Source: Candidatus Kuenenia stuttgartensis (GTDB lineage Bacteria > Planctomycetota > Brocadiia > Brocadiales > Brocadiaceae). From it: a stretch of 32,000 nt of DNA. The first letter of the stretch is position 1; each line of letters opens with the position of its first letter. The notes beneath the pieces were generated by a model. The model saw only the letters and a program-made list of their open reading frames with translations, did not search any database and was not told where the DNA came from. A program made the translations under genes and the position numbers. Of this stretch, positions 29,389-32,000 are shown in pieces. The DNA lies in assembly GCF_900232105.1 (NCBI RefSeq), contig NZ_LT934425.1:30001-62000 (forward strand), read 5' to 3'.

Positions 29389-29469
29389 GTCATTGCGAGC
29401 GACAGCGAAACAATCTTGAGTTTTTTTGGAAACAAGAGATTGCTTCGTCGCTCCACTCCTCGCAATGAC
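29389..29469. repeat. Palindromic dispersed-type repeat
   Basis: GTCATTGCGAGCGACAGCGAAACAATCT ... AGATTGCTTCGTCGCTCCACTCCTCGCAATGAC forms a long imperfect inverted repeat. Confidence 0.7.
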
Positions 29470-29654
29470 ATTTTTTTACGTACACATTTTAACGAAACGA
29501 TGTACTAAATATGAGTATGACGCCCAAAACAGGTTTTGTAATAGTTCAACACCTTCCTCTAAACTAATAAGCGCTAGATTGTTTTTAATATTTTTTATAT
29601 GGAGTCCAATATCGAAAATAGGCAGTCGGCAGTCAAATTCTAAATTTTACCCTT

Positions 29655-30422
29655 TCATATGTTAGAAAAATTTTCTGCTTTTTCCCGTTCTCTTTTCCCG
29701 TCAAGTTCTGTTTCTATAATTTTTTTATAATACTCTAATCTTGTTTCAGCATTTGCTAAATTGCCATGGAACCGTTTCGTAAGGTCTTTGTAGATAAGTT
29801 TAACCGGCAGTTCCCTTACTTCCAGCCCAGCCTTCCATGCCTGTATCCATAACTGTACCGGCATGCCATAGCCTGGTTCCGTCAGGATTAAATTCTTTAA
29901 TTTTTCCACCTTATATGCCTTAAAACCACAAAAAGCATCAGTAAGTTGAAATCCGGTAATATCATTTAACATCTGTGTAACTGCCATGTTAATGCGATAG
30001 CGATCATCAGGCACTTCCTGAAGGCTATTGACCGGAAGAAGATATCTGGATCCTGAAAGTATATCATACTCGCGAAAGGGCATTTTGCTTAAAAACTGCG
30101 GGATTTCTTCAGGTTCATGCTGTCCGTCAGCATCTATGGTCACCAGGTAATCATAATCATTATTTATCGCAAAATTGAACGCATCGATAATAGTTTGCCC
30201 ATAACCTAAATTCCATTTATGTCTAATGACATATATGCTCTGTATGTCCTTTAAACTACTACCAATATCATTGGTAGATCCATCGTCCAGCACCAGTACC
30301 TCCACGCCGACCTTTTTTACCCTTTGAATAATGTCATAAACATCACTTTCATTGAAAACCGGTATTGCCACTACATTTTTTAATTTTTCATTTTTTCTCA
30401 TTTCTATCCATTCGTCAATCAC
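29655..30422 (-). CDS. Glycosyltransferase family 2 (dolichyl-phosphate-mannose-synthase-like)
   Basis: 255 aa; VVAIPVFNESDVYDIIQRVKKVGVEVLVLDDGSTNDIG...GYGQTIIDAFNFAINNDYDYLVTIDADGQHEPEEIPQF. Confidence 0.9.
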   Translation of the reverse strand: MIDEWIEMRKNEKLKNVVAIPVFNESDVYDIIQRVKKVGVEVLVLDDGSTNDIGSSLKDIQSIYVIRHKWNLGYGQTIIDAFNFAINNDYDYLVTIDADGQHEPEEIPQFLSKMPFREYDILSGSRYLLPVNSLQEVPDDRYRINMAVTQMLNDITGFQLTDAFCGFKAYKVEKLKNLILTEPGYGMPVQLWIQAWKAGLEVRELPVKLIYKDLTKRFHGNLANAETRLEYYKKIIETELDGKREREKAENFSNI

Positions 30423-30610
30423 ATCTGTAACTTGCTACAACCAACACAAACCATTCTTTCCGTCAAAATATGAAACGGTAAAATACGCTTCTTCAGTATA
30501 TCGCTTGCTGCGTTTTCGGAGGGCGGTTAAGAATGGCACAATCATCAGGAAGGCAAATATTGGAACTTACTAATAAGTTGAGGTTTTTATAACAACTTCC
30601 ACAGTACACA

Positions 30611-30655
30611 GTCGGCAGTCGGCAGTCGGCAATTTGCAATTTGCCGACTGCCGAC
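30611..30655. repeat. Tandem GTCGGCA heptamers followed by inverted copy (15-bp perfect stem)
   Basis: GTCGGCA x3 at 30611-30631; GTCGGCAGTCGGCAA (30618-30632) pairs with TTGCCGACTGCCGAC (30641-30655). Confidence 0.75.
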
Positions 30656-30730
30656 CGTACAGCAGAACGGTCAAGTTTTTAGAAATTCAGCGGTAATTTA
30701 ATTATAGTGGGGGCTGAAAATCATCGGCCC

Positions 30731-31102
30731 CTATTTCATAAGGGAATGAATTCTCCTGGTGTCTTGTAATGCTTTTTCCATTGGTACGAGTGGCGTAATT
30801 TCTATCTCTGTAAAAAAAGGGAAGAGTGGCAACTTTGCTACAATCTCTTCCACTTCTTCATTCGATTCGGCATCGATAATCGCTGCGGCGCCTCTCCTGC
30901 CTGAAAGTTTTCCGCCTGCCACAATCTTTCCTCGCCTCTGATACCGTGAAAAATACTCCCACTCTTTTATCACATACCCCAGAAAATCCTTTACCGGCAT
31001 TTGCGGCATTTGTTTTACTTCAACCTTCAAAAGAAACAACATCTCTTTTTCCCTTTCAATTGTTAAAAGCGCCATTTTATAAAATACCTTTCTTAGTAAC
31101 AC
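30731..31102 (-). CDS. Small muconolactone delta-isomerase-like/YCII-like protein; native start probably near 31042 (MLFLLKVEV)
   Basis: ...MLFLLKVEVKQMPQMPVKDFLGYVIKEWEYFSRYQRRGKIVAGGKLSGRRGAAAIIDAESNEEVEEIVAKLPLFPFFTEIEITPLVPMEKAL. Confidence 0.6.
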   Translation of the reverse strand: MLLRKVFYKMALLTIEREKEMLFLLKVEVKQMPQMPVKDFLGYVIKEWEYFSRYQRRGKIVAGGKLSGRRGAAAIIDAESNEEVEEIVAKLPLFPFFTEIEITPLVPMEKALQDTRRIHSLMK

Positions 31103-31225
31103 TTTAGTTTTTTGAAAAAGTAGGGGCGAAGCATTTACCCGTTTGAGTATGAACGCATTTATGACAATTTACAACAAATGCTTCACCCCTAAATTGCGAT
31201 TGTTGGGATTTTTCAAAAAACTAAA
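31103..31225. repeat. MITE-like element: 17-bp perfect terminal inverted repeats with a second internal inverted repeat
   Basis: TTTAGTTTTTTGAAAAA (31103-31119) / TTTTTCAAAAAACTAAA (31209-31225); internal AGGGGCGAAGCATTT / AAATGCTTCACCCCT (14/15). Confidence 0.72.
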
Positions 31226-31440
31226 ATGCTACCATCCTTATCACATTACTTTGTTAAAATAATATGCAAAACAACCTTAATTCCCTCTATTTAAAAGGAT
31301 TTATGCTTTGAAAAATCCTTGATTAATACCATACAATAAGTAGGATGCCGAACGCAAAGGCATACAAAATATATCACTTTATGAACGGTTTCAGTGGTTT
31401 TTAACAAAGTAATGCTTATCACTTCTCTTTATAATAGCGA

Positions 31441-32000
31441 CTACATTGCCAAACCACCATCGACATTAATTACCTGGCCGGTAATGTATTTTGCATCTTC
31501 AGATAAGAGGAATTTTACCAATTTTGCAACTTCCTCCGGCAAACCAAATCTTTTTACCGGAATCATTTCAATCATCTTTGTTTTATATTCCTGCGGCAAA
31601 ACGTCCGTCATGTTCGTTTCAATAAACCCACAGGCAATGGCATTCACCGTAATATTCGCCTTGCCCACCTCCTTTGCCAATGCCTTGGTAAAGCCAATCA
31701 TGCCGGCCTTGGAGGAAGAATAATTCACCTGACCGGCCATTCCCATAATGCCGCTTACCGATGTTATATTAACAATGCTGCCAGACTTCTGTTTTATAAA
31801 AGGCATTATCAATGCCTTTGAGAAATTGTATACGCTCTTAAGATTGGTATTTATTACGTCATCCCAGTCACTTTCCGACATAAGCGCCAGGAGTTTGTCA
31901 CGGGTGATGCCTGCATTGTTTATCAGAAAATCTACTTTCCCAAATAACTCTTTCACTTCTTTTACCATATCCTTCGCGCCGTTAAAACTCACCGCATCCA
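31441..32000 (-). CDS. fabG: 3-oxoacyl-[acyl-carrier-protein] reductase, N-terminus beyond the window
   Basis: DAVSFNGAKDMVKEVKELFGKVDFLINNAGITRDKLLALMSESDWDDVINTNLKSVYN...IVNITSVSG...NYSSSKAGMIGFTKALAKEVG...ITGQVINVDGG; open to the window edge. Confidence 0.93.
   Translation of the reverse strand, partial: DAVSFNGAKDMVKEVKELFGKVDFLINNAGITRDKLLALMSESDWDDVINTNLKSVYNFSKALIMPFIKQKSGSIVNITSVSGIMGMAGQVNYSSSKAGMIGFTKALAKEVGKANITVNAIACGFIETNMTDVLPQEYKTKMIEMIPVKRFGLPEEVAKLVKFLLSEDAKYITGQVINVDGGLAM

Noticed and set aside
1-32000. CRISPR array
   Set aside because: No regularly spaced direct repeats of 24-40 bp with unique spacers were seen. Repeats found are palindromic, tandem heptamers, or large inverted duplications.
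1-32000. rRNA or tRNA genes
   Set aside because: No recognisable tRNA cloverleaf or T-loop consensus clusters or rRNA conserved segments were noticed on reading. Not confirmed by a tool.

Overview
The left half (about 1-13.3 kb) is conventional chromosomal sequence. It holds an RND efflux permease (partial) with its adaptor and a TetR regulator, a sodium:solute symporter, a DUF445-type protein, an RlmI-like PUA/SAM methyltransferase, an SNase-like protein with a Rap1a/Tai-like protein, a type III glutamine synthetase and a TPR protein. From about 13.3 to 29.2 kb the window is a strongly rearranged accessory region. It contains a degenerate AIPR-like gene followed by a 'YVDD' reverse transcriptase resembling defence-associated RTs. 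The RT is cut at its C-terminus by a 3,790-bp multi-gene transposon (16061-19850). A second, inverted copy lies at 21155-24944. The two copies flank a 1,304-bp internal fragment of a group II-intron-type RT element whose longer copy lies at about 27.4-29.2 kb next to an IS1380-like fragment. The transposon encodes a zinc-ribbon protein, a DDE (rve/Mu-like) transposase split by an apparent +1 frameshift, an AAA ATPase and a CHC2-like zinc-finger protein. It has imperfect TGCTA... termini. I cannot match it to a named IS family from memory, and it is the main candidate for something under-described. A radical SAM/PqqD-like pair (PqqD 3' end disrupted), a family-2 glycosyltransferase, a small muconolactone-isomerase-like protein and the 3' part of fabG follow. 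Several short MITE-like or palindromic repeats are scattered through the window. All family names are recognitions from the translated sequence; no database search was run.
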